Source: Strigamia acuminata | Taxonomy: Eukaryota | NCBI GenBank assembly: GCA_949358305.1 | Contig: OX442314.1 | Span: 29,388,001-29,452,000 of the forward strand | DNA length: 64,000 nt | Direction of reading: 5' to 3' | Shown: piece by piece, positions 45,337-58,476 of the stretch | Layout of the letters: each line of letters begins with the position of its first letter | How positions within the stretch are numbered: position 1 is the stretch's first letter | Notes under the pieces: generated by a model | What the model was told of the DNA's origin: nothing | Databases searched by the model: none | Seen by the model: the letters and a program-made list of their open reading frames with translations, nothing else | Translations under genes and position numbers: made by a program

Positions 45337-46472
45337 TTAAAGAATTTGTTTCATAATTAACCTGTTAATTACAATGACGCAATAAAGCAAATCTATATTA
45401 TCAGTTTTAACCACTGCTGCTGTTAAAGCTTCCAAGTTACCGGAAGTTGGTACGAATTCTGCTAGATTTTCTGAGTAAGGATTTGGTGAAATCAGAGATG
45501 GAAATTCATTCGTAAAAAGAGCATGACACTCTGGAACAACTGCTAAAACTGCAATCCGCTTTTCATTAAACATGTGCTTAACCTTGTTTCCAATACATTT
45601 GCTCGTTTTGACAAATCGACACGCCCATCTCTTACCAATAATACTGAAAAATTAAAAATATATAAATATTTGGGTCATTTTTTTTTTTTTTTTTTTAGAT
45701 AAAATTGATTATTTCTTTAATTAACTTGCAAATTGTGTTTTGTATAAATGGTGTTAGGAAGTCTCCTTCTTTTATTGGTGGCACCCGGAGTTCCATGTCA
45801 CATTTTTCCAAACTTTCAAAGCAAACGATTCGTGAATAACTTTTAAATATATCTGCGTAATAAAAAAAAAATTGTTACAATTAATTTTTATTTTTATTGA
45901 ATTTATAAACACCTGTTAAATTTTTTGCGTTGTCATCACACAAAAAACTCCTTTTCCTCTCGTCCGTTAAGTGTAGCGAGGCAACATCTTCGTCTTTCAA
46001 GCGGAAGCAATTTTTGATGATTACTTCCGATTTGGTTATACATTCGAGTTTTTTGTCTTCAAAGCTGATGGAAAACATCTAAAAATTCATTAGAAAATCG
46101 AATTCAACTACTATTACACTTGACACCTGCATTGCAGTTCAATCATTTTCCCAAAGTCGAAGATGATGGGATTTTCAATTATCCTAAAATTTGTCAATTT
46201 TTTGATGCTGTGTATCAATTAGTAAGTAAATGGAGTTACTTTTCCTTTTCAACATGAAACAGTTCGTTTTCTTTTAACAGACAGTTTTCCAATTGGGAGA
46301 ATAAGTGAGTTGGAAGACATGATTGATTATTTGCATCTTCACCTGCAAATTATTATTTTGTTTTGGCATCAAACCGCAAAAAGAACCAATAGATTGAATA
46401 AAGTACAGTACTTTTCACGAAATAAATCCACAAAACTAAAGTACACGCCAAAGTCCATGCAGAGTTTGTCAT
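45337..46472 (-). CDS. Cys-rich secreted or membrane-anchored protein of unknown family, at least 6 exons
   Basis: Phase-consistent splicing gives MTNSAWTLACTLVLWIYFVKS-EDANNQSCLP...LENCL...LQCRCQ...LECITK...KNCF...FLCDD...IVCF..LEKCD...ICN..WACRF..KCI...PECHALF. The 3' end is uncertain. Confidence 0.65.
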
Positions 46473-47479
46473 TTGTATAATTTTTATTCTAAAATAGTCT
46501 TAATAATGTAACGTTACAAGTAAAATTGCACCAGAGGGCGATAAGCGCTAATTGGAGGATTTACGGTTCACATTATTGCATTATTTATGTTGAATTTACA
46601 TCTCGGTTCATTGGTTTTTCACTTTTCATCTTGAGGTAAGAAACCTTTAAGAAATTGCATTGGTTTCATCCGACACTGCAAGCCTTTTAGTCTTCAAGGA
46701 TTCGTGTGTTCTGTTTGATTAGTTTATCCAACTGGGACAAACCAAGCCCACTTGTTTGAAATGCTCACTTAAGGAATAGTGGGTTTCCCTGTCGCCCTGC
46801 CTGAACTTGACGACTTCACCGCTACATTGGATACCGGTGAGGTCGAAAAACCAACGAGTGAGCCAATAGATCGCTTTTCTTGGTTAGTGTGCTCTGCATT
46901 GCACGCCTCTGCTGGCTGGAAACGCGCCACGATTACACTTGAAACTGCTTGGGCTGAGCACGACGTAGATCGCGTTGTGTTGCGGTCTAACTAGAAAAGT
47001 TATGTCGCAGAAGAGGGAAAGTTCATGAAAATGAATCATAAAAATTTTTATTTTCTTAATTAAAAATTGCAAATTTTTATGAAGATATGACGTATCCCTG
47101 GCGGAATTTTCTTTATAGTTCTGGATTTTCCTGGATAAGCCATAAATAACATCATTAATTTGTTGATGTTATACAATTAAAAAAAAAAAAAAGAAAAAGT
47201 GAAAAAGAGAAAAAAGAAAAAGAAAGTTATGCATTTTTTCTGTTCTTTTTCTTTACTTTTAGTTGTTCTATAGAAGGAAGTAGAAACTAAACATTTGAAA
47301 CGGGGAATTCCAAGTGTTATTCACGACACCTCGTATGAAAGTGCATTCGTCCAACTCCGTGATCAAACCGTGTCATATTACGCATCTCGCGTCATAACTC
47401 AGTTGATAATGGCGTTTTAAAGTTTGTTTGTAATTAATTTTCTTGTTTCTGTTAACATTTTCAAAGTTTTAAATTCTGA

Positions 47480-49122
47480 ATGGCTCATTTCTCCGTTACT
47501 CAACATGGGGCGAGCAACACATACACCGCAGGGAATAACATCACGATACACATTGAAAACTACAGTAAGAAGAAAAATTGAAACTTTTAATGAAATTTTA
47601 TTTTTTCGAAAAAATAGATAAGATTAACCTTGATGTTTATTTATTGCAGATTTAGGCCAATCTCTAGACAATAAATATTTTCACAGCAGTAAGATAATTT
47701 CTACAATGTTTATTTCTAATTCCTGACTAAGCTTAAACTCTTTGTACGATAATTAGTCGATGTCAACCCCGATATTCTCAAGAGCCTTATACCAGTGTTT
47801 GAAAACAAGAGGTAACTCGAATACTCTAAGTCCCCTACATATTAAACAAAATTTTAAATCTTCCTTTGAAAAATACAACTGGTGGCGTATAGTGCCAAAC
47901 ACGCGAACTAATGCACTGCCGCAAAATTTGAAGTTTGCATTTCTGAATATTCGTAACTCGAATGTTCTTATGTAGAGGACTCACGAGCTGCATTCAAAAA
48001 CTAAAATATTTTGTGTTTTATTTTAATTTTAAACCAAAAATGACATCATTTCCTGTTTAAACCCATGTTAAAACTTAAAATACACTTAAACTAAAATTGT
48101 TATTTTAATTTTTGAATGCAGCTACCGAAATTAAATCAACGTTATAAATAAATCTAAATATTGCAATTATATTTTTCAGCACCGAACGGTTTGAGCTTCG
48201 AATCAAAACCCACAAAGGAATTATTACTCTTGACGTCCACCCTAATGACACCATTCAAAGCCTAAAATTAAAACTGCAGTTACTCTATGGAATATTATAC
48301 AGCAAACAGTTCCTAACATTTGAAGAAAACGTTTTGGAAGATGAAAACAGACTCAGCGACTGCAATATAAGTAATGTCAGTCTCTTGTATATGGTTTACT
48401 CGATAGAAGACAACGGGATGATTTTCCAACGAGTCTACGGAAGATGGTTTTGTCTTTCGGTTCAACCGGAAACCACAGTTCCTGACCTGAAACTGAAAAT
48501 CGCAATAGAAGAAGGACTTCCGGCGGAGCGCCAACAACTGTTTCTTGAAGGTGGCAAAGTACTCACGGACGAGACAAGAATTTCTGATTACAGCATTGCC
48601 AAGAACCAGGTTGTCAAGGTTGCCGTCAAACTAATGAAAGAAGACATGATAATTATTGTTGTGAAACAATTGACTGGACAGACGTTTGAGCTGATAATGG
48701 GCAAGTACGAAACAGTTGAAGACTTGAGGAAACAAATTCAAGTCAAGTCGAATATTCCGCACAATTCGCAGATTATAATGTTTGATGGAAAACAGCTGAC
48801 AGAGGGCAATATTACGTTAGCCAATTACTACAGTGGTGAACGGTTGACGCTGCACTTACGTTCAAATATAATGGGCGGAGGATTGCGGATTCGCGTACGA
48901 ACATCAATAGGCGAAATCATTTCACTCGGGTCCCAAACTGAAGGCGTTTTAATAGGAAAGATTAAATGCATCGTTGAGGAGATTAGAGGTTTTTTAGTCC
49001 AACATCAAAAGCTTTTTCTGATGAATAAGGAATTGAATGATGACTCGAAATCTGTTGGTGATTACGTTAATGTACAGAGGATTGCGTATTTGACATTGGA
49101 CCTGATACTAAAATCTAACTAA
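47480..49122 (+). CDS. Amyloid-motif plus four ubiquitin-like-domain protein, copy 1
   Basis: Exons 47480..47564, 47650..47688, 47757..47811 and 48180..49122 join in frame; four ubiquitin-fold repeats (e.g. TVPDLKLKIAIEEGLPAERQQL); NIMGGG after UBL3. Confidence 0.85.
47986..48123. mobile_element. Small MITE-like inverted-repeat element in an intron
   Basis: AGCTGCATTCAAAAAcTAAAATA ... TATTTTAaTTTTTGAATGCAGCT (22/23 match); no clear TSD. Confidence 0.65.
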
Positions 49123-50381
49123 AAGATTTGTGTTCCAGTTATTTGTATTGGAATTTTTAATTATTGTTTATCTCGTTTTGTTCATGTTCATGTGTGAAAA
49201 ATGCGATATTGAAAACGTGTGTAGTGCGCTCGCTCATATATTCTTGTGGAGCTCGAATTGAGTTCGACAGAAAAGTTTTTAGTTTGATTTATTTCAACGT
49301 AACACAATGAACAGAATAATTAGTTTCACATTTTCGACAGCTGGAAAAATAATCGGACACCAATCAGAGTATCCATGAATGACTAAAAAGAAGAAAATTT
49401 AGTAGTAAAATTAGTAGAAAAAGTATAAAAATTAAAAAAACTACTTCGCCTATATGGTTTCCACAAAAGCATACGTCGATTGGCATCCAAATGGCATTAA
49501 ACGCGACCATCAGATTATCCTGCGCGCTGGGCTGCAGCTCAGGGGCGCCGGGCACAGGGGCTCGATGGGCACAGAAAAGTGCTGGGCAAGAGGCACCTGA
49601 GTTTTATTAGCCCAAGGCGCTGAAAAGTGTAAAGACGGCCCTGCCTGCGCGGTCAGTGTTCGATTTTTGGAAGGAAAAGTGGTGCAACATGATCAAAAAC
49701 AACACAATGGCTCTAAAAACCCGAGGAACGGACCTGCATCAACATATTGCATTTGAAACTTAAACCTGAACCGAAAGATGATTAAACCATGAACCGAGGA
49801 TAACATGATTAAAGTACACATGATTAGACAGACTACACAAAAAAAGCTTATTCTGAAAAAAGCAAGACCAGCCATCCAGAGCCCAGGTTTGGTTTCTTCT
49901 TCATTGGCTGCTGTGCTTTCTTCCCTATAATTTTTTTTTCAAGCCAAAGCTGCTTTTAGAATATAATAAAGACTTCTAGAATAATAATTAATTTTCTCTT
50001 TCATAGATGGCGCCATAGGCTTTCAAAAAAATTGAAAAAATGTAATGTTAATACTGTAGTCCAAGGATTTTCTATCAATATCATCAAGAAATGGTGAAAA
50101 CATTAAAGATAAAATGCTAAAACATTTTAAAATTGTATGTTACATTTTGTCCACAGAAAAAAACGACTCAAGGTTTTCTTTCCTGTTTACTCTCCAGAAA
50201 GGAAGAGTTCATTACCAGAAAAAAAGTGACCTTTAAAGTGGTGTAGTCATTCACTGCACTGACTCAATTGAAAACACAGCTTTAATAAACTCTGCTGGCA
50301 TTATCTGGATTAAAATAAGGTTGATAGTTTGGGAGATGACAATTCAGTTAATTAATTTTTTGTATGTTTTTTTGTTTCAGT

Positions 50382-51681
50382 ATGGACCAGGTAGATGTAA
50401 CACACCAGAAACATTCTGAATCTGCTCTTTCTGTGTGCCAGAAAGGCGAGATTAATACCTGCAGTGTAGGAAACACAATCAATATACATGTTCAACATTT
50501 CAGTAAGAGCAAACTGAAACATGTTTTGTGGAAGGAAATTAATTTTTTTTGTTTCAGATGCTAGCCAATTCTCTCACAATCAATATTATAACAACAACAA
50601 CATGACTCATGATCTTCTAAATAGTTTAATACCAACATTTGAAAAGTGGAGGTTTGTAAAATAAAATGGATTGATTTTAACGTTACAATTAAAAAATATA
50701 TGTTTTATTAGTGAAAAGCGATTTCAAATTAAAATTAAAAGCAGTAGAGGAATTGTCAACTTTGATGTTCATCCCGAGGATACATTTCAGAGCATTAAAT
50801 TAAAACTGCAATTGCTTTATGGAATTCCACACAACAAGCAGTACCTTGTGTTTGGAGAAAGTGTACTGGAAGATGAAGACACATTGGAGGATAGAAATTT
50901 AAAAAACGATAGTTTGTTACGTATGGTTTACTCATTCGATGAAAATAAAACGGTTTTAATATGCCAACATATTCTCGGGAGGACATTTTGTCTCGGAGTT
51001 GAACCAGAAACCACAATAAAAGAAGTGAAAGCGAAAATCGAAGAAATTGAAGAAATTCCTGCAGACAGACAACGCTTGTTCGTAAATGACGGAAGAGTGC
51101 TGAGAAATGAGTGCAAAATTGCTGATTGTAAAATTTATAAGAAGATTATAAAAGTAGCTGTTGCATTAGTGGAAGAGGATGTGATAACTGTCATTGTGAA
51201 GAGATTGGATGGGTCGAAAACCGTTGTAACAATTGGCAGATACGAAACAATCGAGGACTTGAAAAATAAAATTCAAGACAAAATGCGAGTTTCATCTGAT
51301 ATGCAACAAGTTATTTTTGGGGGCCAACTGCTGGAAGAAGAGTTAACATTATCGCATTATTTTATTGAGGAAAACTCGCTGATTTTTTTGTTGTTACGAT
51401 TGTCAGGCGGGTTTTCAATATCGGTAATGATTTACATCCGTACGTCTATTGGTGAAATAATTTCACTTGGATATTGCACTCTTGACACTCTAATAAGCAA
51501 GATTAAACTCCAGGTGGAGAGTAAGAGGGGTTTTTTGGTCAAACATCAGAGACTCTTTTATAATGATGTAGAACTGATTGATGAAACAAAATCTATTGGT
51601 TATTACGGTATCAGATATCCTGAAGACTTTATTTCTGCAACAATTGATGTAATACTAAATAGTAAATGCAGTACTCAGTAA
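50382..51681 (+). CDS. Amyloid-motif plus four ubiquitin-like-domain protein, copy 2
   Basis: Exons 50382..50502, 50558..50651 and 50712..51681 join in frame; LLLRLSGG after UBL3. Confidence 0.85.
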
Positions 51682-52311
51682 GTCTCAGAAATGTCCGCTT
51701 GACTGAGTAATAACCAGTCGTTTACATTTTGAAGAATTAAAGTGCGTTGTTTTAATTATTTCTTGCAATCACTTGTATTTTTTTTATTCATAAGATGGAA
51801 AATAATAATTAAAACACATCAAAACGTGTCGAGTGGCTTGTGATTTTTTTATTGGGTTTTATGCAGCAGGGAAATTCTCTAGAATCTCATCCTGGACTCA
51901 CTCAAGGTTATTAAATTAATTCATTTTCTGTTCAACAGATGGCGCCACTACAACAAATAATATCAAGACATAACCTTAAGATTTTCTGCTGTAAATATGA
52001 TAAGAAGGAAAATCTTAAACGAAGTTGGTAATATTGAATAGAAGTTGAAAACATTTTATTCACAGAAAAAGCGAGGTGGCAAAATTCCAGACACCAGACA
52101 TGCTGACCTTGTGTGCAGTGTGCAAACATGAATCCAAGGATTGCTTGCACCTTCTAGGAAAGTGAACTAATCTAAGTTTGTGTTATCAGCTTATTTGTAT
52201 TGTAGGAGTGTCTACTTCCTTTACCAGCATAGTTTGATTCATAACATAACATCATTTATAAGGCAAACTTTGTGCTTTTTTACTTGTTTTATAACCTATT
52301 CTAAACGAATT

Positions 52312-54424
52312 ATGAATTTTCTTCGAAGAGTGTTGCAGGTATTTGATGATTCAGGTCAGGTTTCTGTAAGGCAACATGGAAAGAGTAACGCATGCCTTGT
52401 AGGAAATAAAATTACGATTCACATTGACAACTTTCGTAAGTACACGAATATTGTGAAGTGGCAGTTTTGTTACACCAGTTTTGAAGTTTCACCATTAATA
52501 ATTTTATTTGTTATCAGAGTCGGGCCAAATTCAGGATGGTAATCAATATTATCACAGTAAGTTACGAAAAATGTTTATTTTCAACAAATTTTTCAACATA
52601 CTGTATAAGCTTATGTCAGAATTTATGTCTTTACATTATTATATTTTATTATTAAATAGATGATGTCACTCCTGAAGTTCTTAGGAGTCTTATACCAGTT
52701 TTTGAAGCCACGAGGTTTGAATCATTTCATACCATATTTCATTGATCAAAAGCTGTCGTAGACGAAATTACAGACTAAATTAAGTACAAGAGTAACATGC
52801 CGAATTATCACACTTGCGATTTTGACCACCACGTGATCATCATCAGTGGAAACTGAACTGTACACCAGCACACTAAAAAACTTCCTTGAAAGACAGCTAA
52901 AAAACGTTGATATTTCATGACATCAGCGTTTGCCCAGTTGATTTTTTAATATTGTGGTCAAGGCAAAATTGTTGGCCATATTTTTCAGTCAAAAGACCGG
53001 ACTAACACTGATGTCATTGAATTTCTATCAGGTAGCGCGGGGTTTACAGGTGTTTTGGAATCGCACCGGTCTGGTATGGTTCGGACGTTTACTTCCAAAT
53101 TTTGCAAGCAGTATTTTTTTCCACCAAAGATTCGTTTACTTGAAAAATAAATTAAAATTTCTCAAAATTTCTGTTTTAAGGTTAAAAAAACCATAGTGCC
53201 TCTCATGGCGGGCAAGTTTTTCTTGTACACCGGTGGTACTTTGCGCTACATAGTGTTTTAAATGCAACATCAGCTGGTCATGTATGCAAAACTAGAGGCA
53301 TAAACAGTGGAAGCTTTCTGTTTACCCTGAAACCCTTGTGATGAATAATGTTAATCAAATAAGAGTAGCAAAATCAGATCACCTTATAATTATAAGCCAA
53401 AATTATCAGGAAATGAAATATGGTATTTGCAGCGTATGGTATTGGTATTTTACAACTATACTTTTGTTTCAGAACTGAAAGGATTAACATTAACATCAAA
53501 AGTAACACAGGAATTGTAACTTTTGACGTTCATCTCTTCGATGATGTTCGAAGCGTCAAATTAAAACTGCAATTGATGTATAGAATACCGTACAGCAAAC
53601 AGTACTTAGTGTTGGAGAACAAAGTATTAGCAGATGAAAAGAAATTAAGTGATTACAATGTAAGAGACCAATGTCAGATATACATGGTTTACACTAACGA
53701 AGAAAATGGAATGATATTCAAACGTGAGCATGGAAAATGGTTTTGTCTTCCGGTTGAACCACAATCCACAATCAAGGATCTAAAAGTGAAAATTGAATCA
53801 GAAGAAGGACTGGCAGTAGAAAGACAGCAACTGTTTTTGGATGATGGCGTAGTACTAAGAGACGACACAAGAATTGCTGATTACAGCATAGAAAAGAATC
53901 AAGTGATCAACGTTGGTGCAAAAATAAAGACTGGGGATGTTGTACAAATTTATGTTAAAACACATATTGGAACGACTTTAAATCTTGTGGTGAGTTTGAA
54001 TGAAACAATTGAGGACATTAAATACAAAATTGAAGATCAAACGCACCAACCAAGTGATCAACAACGACTCATTTATGCTGGGAAACAGTTGGAGGACGGT
54101 TTTACGTTGTCGCATTATAATATTTCTGACTGTTCAATTATGCACATGGTTTTAGGATTGAGAGGCGGAGGATTTACTGTTCATATACGCACGTATATTG
54201 GCGAGATAATTAATCTTGGTACTTATCGTGATGACGTTGTATTAAGTACAATTAAAGACGAACTTGAACAAAGCAAGGGATTTTCAAAACAGAATCAACA
54301 ACTGTTTCTTATGGATGAAGAATTGGAAGACGAAACTAAATGCATAGTTTCTTACTTGCGTGAAATTAATATGAATGAATGTCTGTTGGTGACATTGGAT
54401 TTGTTGATGAACTCTACACATTAA
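52312..54424 (+). CDS. Amyloid-motif plus four ubiquitin-like-domain protein, copy 3
   Basis: Exons ..52435 (start uncertain), 52518..52556, 52660..52714 and 53473..54424 join in frame. UBL3 is close to ubiquitin ([26 protein letters not shown]). Confidence 0.85.
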
Positions 54425-54896
54425 GAAAATAAAGCTCATACTGTTCATTTATTTCATATAAATTATTTGTAACTAGAATTTGGAAAATTTGTTAATACTG
54501 GTGTTATGGGCTACTTTTTTGTGCCACTACACCAGTGATACGGCTAGACTTAGGTCAACGTTGTGGTGGTTTTGAGTATAGTGGCAAACTTGAAGTATTT
54601 TCTCGAGGCTGGATGTATAGGAATGTGTAGTGGTCAAGAGCGCGTCATTGAAAAAAGCATGAAGCAGACCAAACACTTGACCAACCGCTAGGCTCCCCAG
54701 GGGAACACACGGAAACTACTCGGCCGCCATTAGATGTGAGAAAAGATATAATTATACTTTATGGGCCACCTCTCAGATCCTCAAAATTTGGATTTAGGGG
54801 TAGTCAAGGTTTTCCCACGTTTCGGATAAAGAAACTAATCTTAGGTGCTCGAGATGACATGCTCGAGCATCATTGACAAGTGACAAGTGATGACCG

Positions 54897-55803
54897 TGTG
54901 GTGCAATAATGTCTGACTCGCGCAGTCAAAGTTAATTTACCTTGTGGTGATCTCAAAATATTACCACAATTTGGGAGATAAATTTATTTATCTCCTAAAT
55001 TAATTTGGCTTGGCACATGCTAAGTCAGATCATGTGACCAAGGGGAGTAAACTTCCCTAGGCACATCTCACCCCAGGTTGTCCAGGGTGAAAAGGTAATT
55101 AACCGTTGTGGTGCAATAATTCCTTTGTTGCACCATATTGAGCTAATTGTGCAGATTATCTGCGCAATTTCGGAGCGTGCCAGGCTCGCGCCCACGCTTC
55201 GAACAGGACCCTTGATTTTACCACCAACAACACATCACTGCTTTTCCTCAGCGTAAAGTATTGATAGTGTTAGAGTCGGTAAATTGAGACATCCTGCTTG
55301 CTTTGTGCTCGTTGCACAAAGACAGCATCCTTGCGTGAATTAGCCGCTGCTAATTTACGCCTTCCGAGTACCGTGTGGAGAAGTTTCCGCCGACGTGAAC
55401 CATCGCCATCGCGCGATCTCCATTGTCACCATCGCCGTCGTACGCCGAGCAGGAGGAGACTCACGTGAACCATCGTCCCGCCCGCGAGGACCATCGTACG
55501 TAAGTGTGGAAGAAGACGTCGCCGTCTTATTAACAACATTCTGTTGTTAAGCACGCCATTGCCACTCGTTGCGCGCTCTTCCATTGTTTCCCTTCCCATT
55601 ACATCCAGTATTATTCGCATATCATTGTATAATTCATTTAATAAAAGATTGTGCTTTGTTTTATTGATAAAAACTGTGTTTTTATTTCCTAACTTTACCC
55701 TAGACATTTCAGGCCGCATTGATTGTAAGTCTCTCGTAGCATTCACCTGCGGTAACTTGGTCTCTTTATTAGAAAGTAACCAAGTAAAACCCGGATCGCA
55801 GCA
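54897..55803 (+). mobile_element. Probable solo LTR
   Basis: TGTGGTG...GCAGCA termini, internal AATAAA near 55640, flanks ACCG/ACCT (imperfect TSD); a related sequence lies inverted at ~57750..57950. Confidence 0.6.
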
Positions 55804-57151
55804 ACCTCGCGCAATAAGGCAAAAGAAATATAGAAACTTAAATTTGTTTTTGTGTGTTTTCAACTAATGTGTAAATTTACGATAATCGAAATGATTCATT
55901 GTAAAAGCAATAAAGCATAGGTCGCGCTGCAAAACGACAAATTAGCATATTGTGAAATGCAGGGAAGTGAACATATAAGTAATAGTTTATGACATTTTAT
56001 TTATTTAGGCAACATACAGTTCATGAATTTTCTTTTTCTTGCAGATTTAATCAGGACAAATCTGAAACAGAATTATAAAAATTGAATAAATAAAATAGAA
56101 CAGAATAAAGTAAAATAGAATGAAATAAAAATAATTTTCTCGAGCAATTCGGCGTTGTCAAGACAGTAGAAAAACCCGCACAGGTATCGTAACCTGGCAA
56201 TTCCGTTTCACTTTTCGAAACATTTATTGAAACCCCACTTCCGCCCGGTCGGAATCGCTCAGACTCCCGCCTATCAAGTCACATTTCCAAAACATTTGCT
56301 TGGCGATATTTTTACTTACGTTCTTTTCAATGCACTCGCTGAAAACTTCTTCATTTGTTAACAGCTATTTAAAAGGTATAACATAATTAGTATTTTGAAG
56401 AATTGTATAATTATTGAAGAGAATAAACCACGTACACTATGTTTTGGAAGTTAAATAACAAAATAAAAATATAATACATAATAGGAACAGTTCTAACTTC
56501 TGACTGTCAGACAGCACTACTGTACTATGTTATTAGGCAGGAAACCACATCTACAGTACCTTTTAACTGAACGCTATTTCAACCAAGAAAAATTATTCTC
56601 TCGAATATTGGAGGTGTTAAAAGGTCAACATTCCAAAGCTTTCATTGACTCTGGTGTATACATCATGTAAATATTGGGAGTTATATTGTAAACAGGTTCA
56701 TTCTCTCCGATAACTCATTTTTCATAATGTACAGGATAACGCAGATAAAGATATAATTAATTTTTTTTATGAAATTAGAGATTCAATCGACAGGGTATTT
56801 GAGAATTGGCTACATAAGACATTCTTTGGGTGTTTTGTCATGCACTGAATATTCTCTAACATAGTCACCATCAGATTGGCCAAAAAGTTGACTGCTCAAG
56901 TCTCAAGAAGACATCTTCACAGGAGGCAGCAGAAATTATTACATGCAAAAAACAATAAAGAATCTCAATTTTTTTTTCCTTCTGAGACAAATGTTTAAAA
57001 ATTCTGTTGGCAGATTGTACCATTCTGGGAAAATTTTTCAAGTAATATCTGCTCATTGTTTCATGTTACTGCTTTTATAATGCTATTGAACTAACAAATG
57101 TTGCCACAACATTACAATTAGTGCTTTAACACCGTTTTACACGTCTTATTT

Positions 57152-58476
57152 TTAGCACTGTAGATCTTGTACTACAATTTTGAATACTGAATCGGATGAT
57201 TTCATAAAAATCTTAATAGTGATATCTTTGTATGCCTGGTCCTGTAAAACATATTAATAAAAGTAAAAACTCTATACAAATTGTGCACATGATATAAAAG
57301 CAGCTACAACCGGAATTATCACCTGAAAAACAGAGTTTATTTTGAAACACATGGAGATACTTTTGGATAGTCTACAGGTATAAACGAGTATTTAATTTGC
57401 GAGACCCACTTTGTTTTCACTAAGGAACATCTGAACCTGGAGTAGATTTCTAGGTTCTCGTAGTTCTCGACATATGACGACGGGGGCCCCCCAATGCCGA
57501 GAATTAGAATTTCGATAAAAAATAAAAATTAAAAAAAAATAATTTGGAATTATATTTTTAAATAGGACCCCTAACCTAAAGCGTCTAAAAGGGTCACACA
57601 AACAATAAATCCGCGACTAGAGTCAACTTCTATAAATGAAATTTATTGAGCCATCACAAAAAGAAGGTAAAGTGTGCCTGGACACACTTCGGTACTGTGC
57701 ACCAAACGTGCGTCGTGAGCTTAATTTGGTGCAAAAGTGGGGCAATCCTGCACCTGCAAGCCTGGCACACTTCAGGTAGGCACAGTAAATCTGCGCAATT
57801 AGCTTGTTTTGGTGCAACAAAGGATTTGTTGCACCAAACCTGTTAATGAACGGCTTCACCCTAGCCAAATTGGAGTGCAATATGCGTAGGGAGTTTTCTC
57901 CCCCTAATCAGGTGACTTAGTTTGGCACATGCCAAATCAAAACAAAATAAAAATACAAAATTTTTTTAGGTGGTGACTAATTTATTTATCAAATAAATAA
58001 AAAACACTCCACGGTCACCACAATGTTTTCATTTGCAACAGCAATAATGTATCCGCACAATTGAGGGTGCGGATGGTACGTAATTTTCTGGATGGATATA
58101 AAAGGATACCGGATCTTTAACTTAGTTTGAGTTAATTAAATGAGGGCGCGAGATAATCGTTTATACACTGTGAGTAAGAAAAAAGTTACTTGTTTTGGTA
58201 ACAGCTTAATCATAGTGGCGACAGCAGGTGAGCTTAGTATTTCAGTAAGTATACTAAGGGGAGCCAAAGCAGATTTTTTCAGTCCTTTGATTGCTTGTAC
58301 ATATACAACCTCATTAACTATAGCCTAAAAAGTAGCAAAAAATTATTTCACTGTAGCTATAAATCAATAACTTAAAATCTTACAAATACGTTGTCACTTT
58401 CCGTACAAACAGATGTAGGTTTCTGTGCAACAGCCATGACAACAAACGACACCAAAATAATGGCAATAATCTTCAT
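57152..58476 (-). CDS. Small secreted-protein gene, multi-exon, probably disrupted by an LTR-like insertion
   Basis: Exon 58476..58384 (MKIIAIILVSFVVMAVAQKP, signal peptide, GTAAG donor) joins exon 58324..58190 in phase 0; later exons are tentative. Confidence 0.5.
57475..58022 (-). mobile_element. LTR-like insertion related to 54897..55803
   Basis: On the - strand it starts TGTGGTG, like the other copy, and shares blocks such as TCCTTTGTTGCACCA..AGCTAATTG.GCAGATT; TSD not resolved. Confidence 0.55.

Noticed and set aside
46760..46994. GC-richer stretch with open frames on both strands
   Set aside because: No recognisable protein or repeat structure; could not be assigned.
48180..54424. Canonical polyubiquitin genes
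   Set aside because: The repeats are highly diverged from ubiquitin and from each other, and most lack the LRGG junction.
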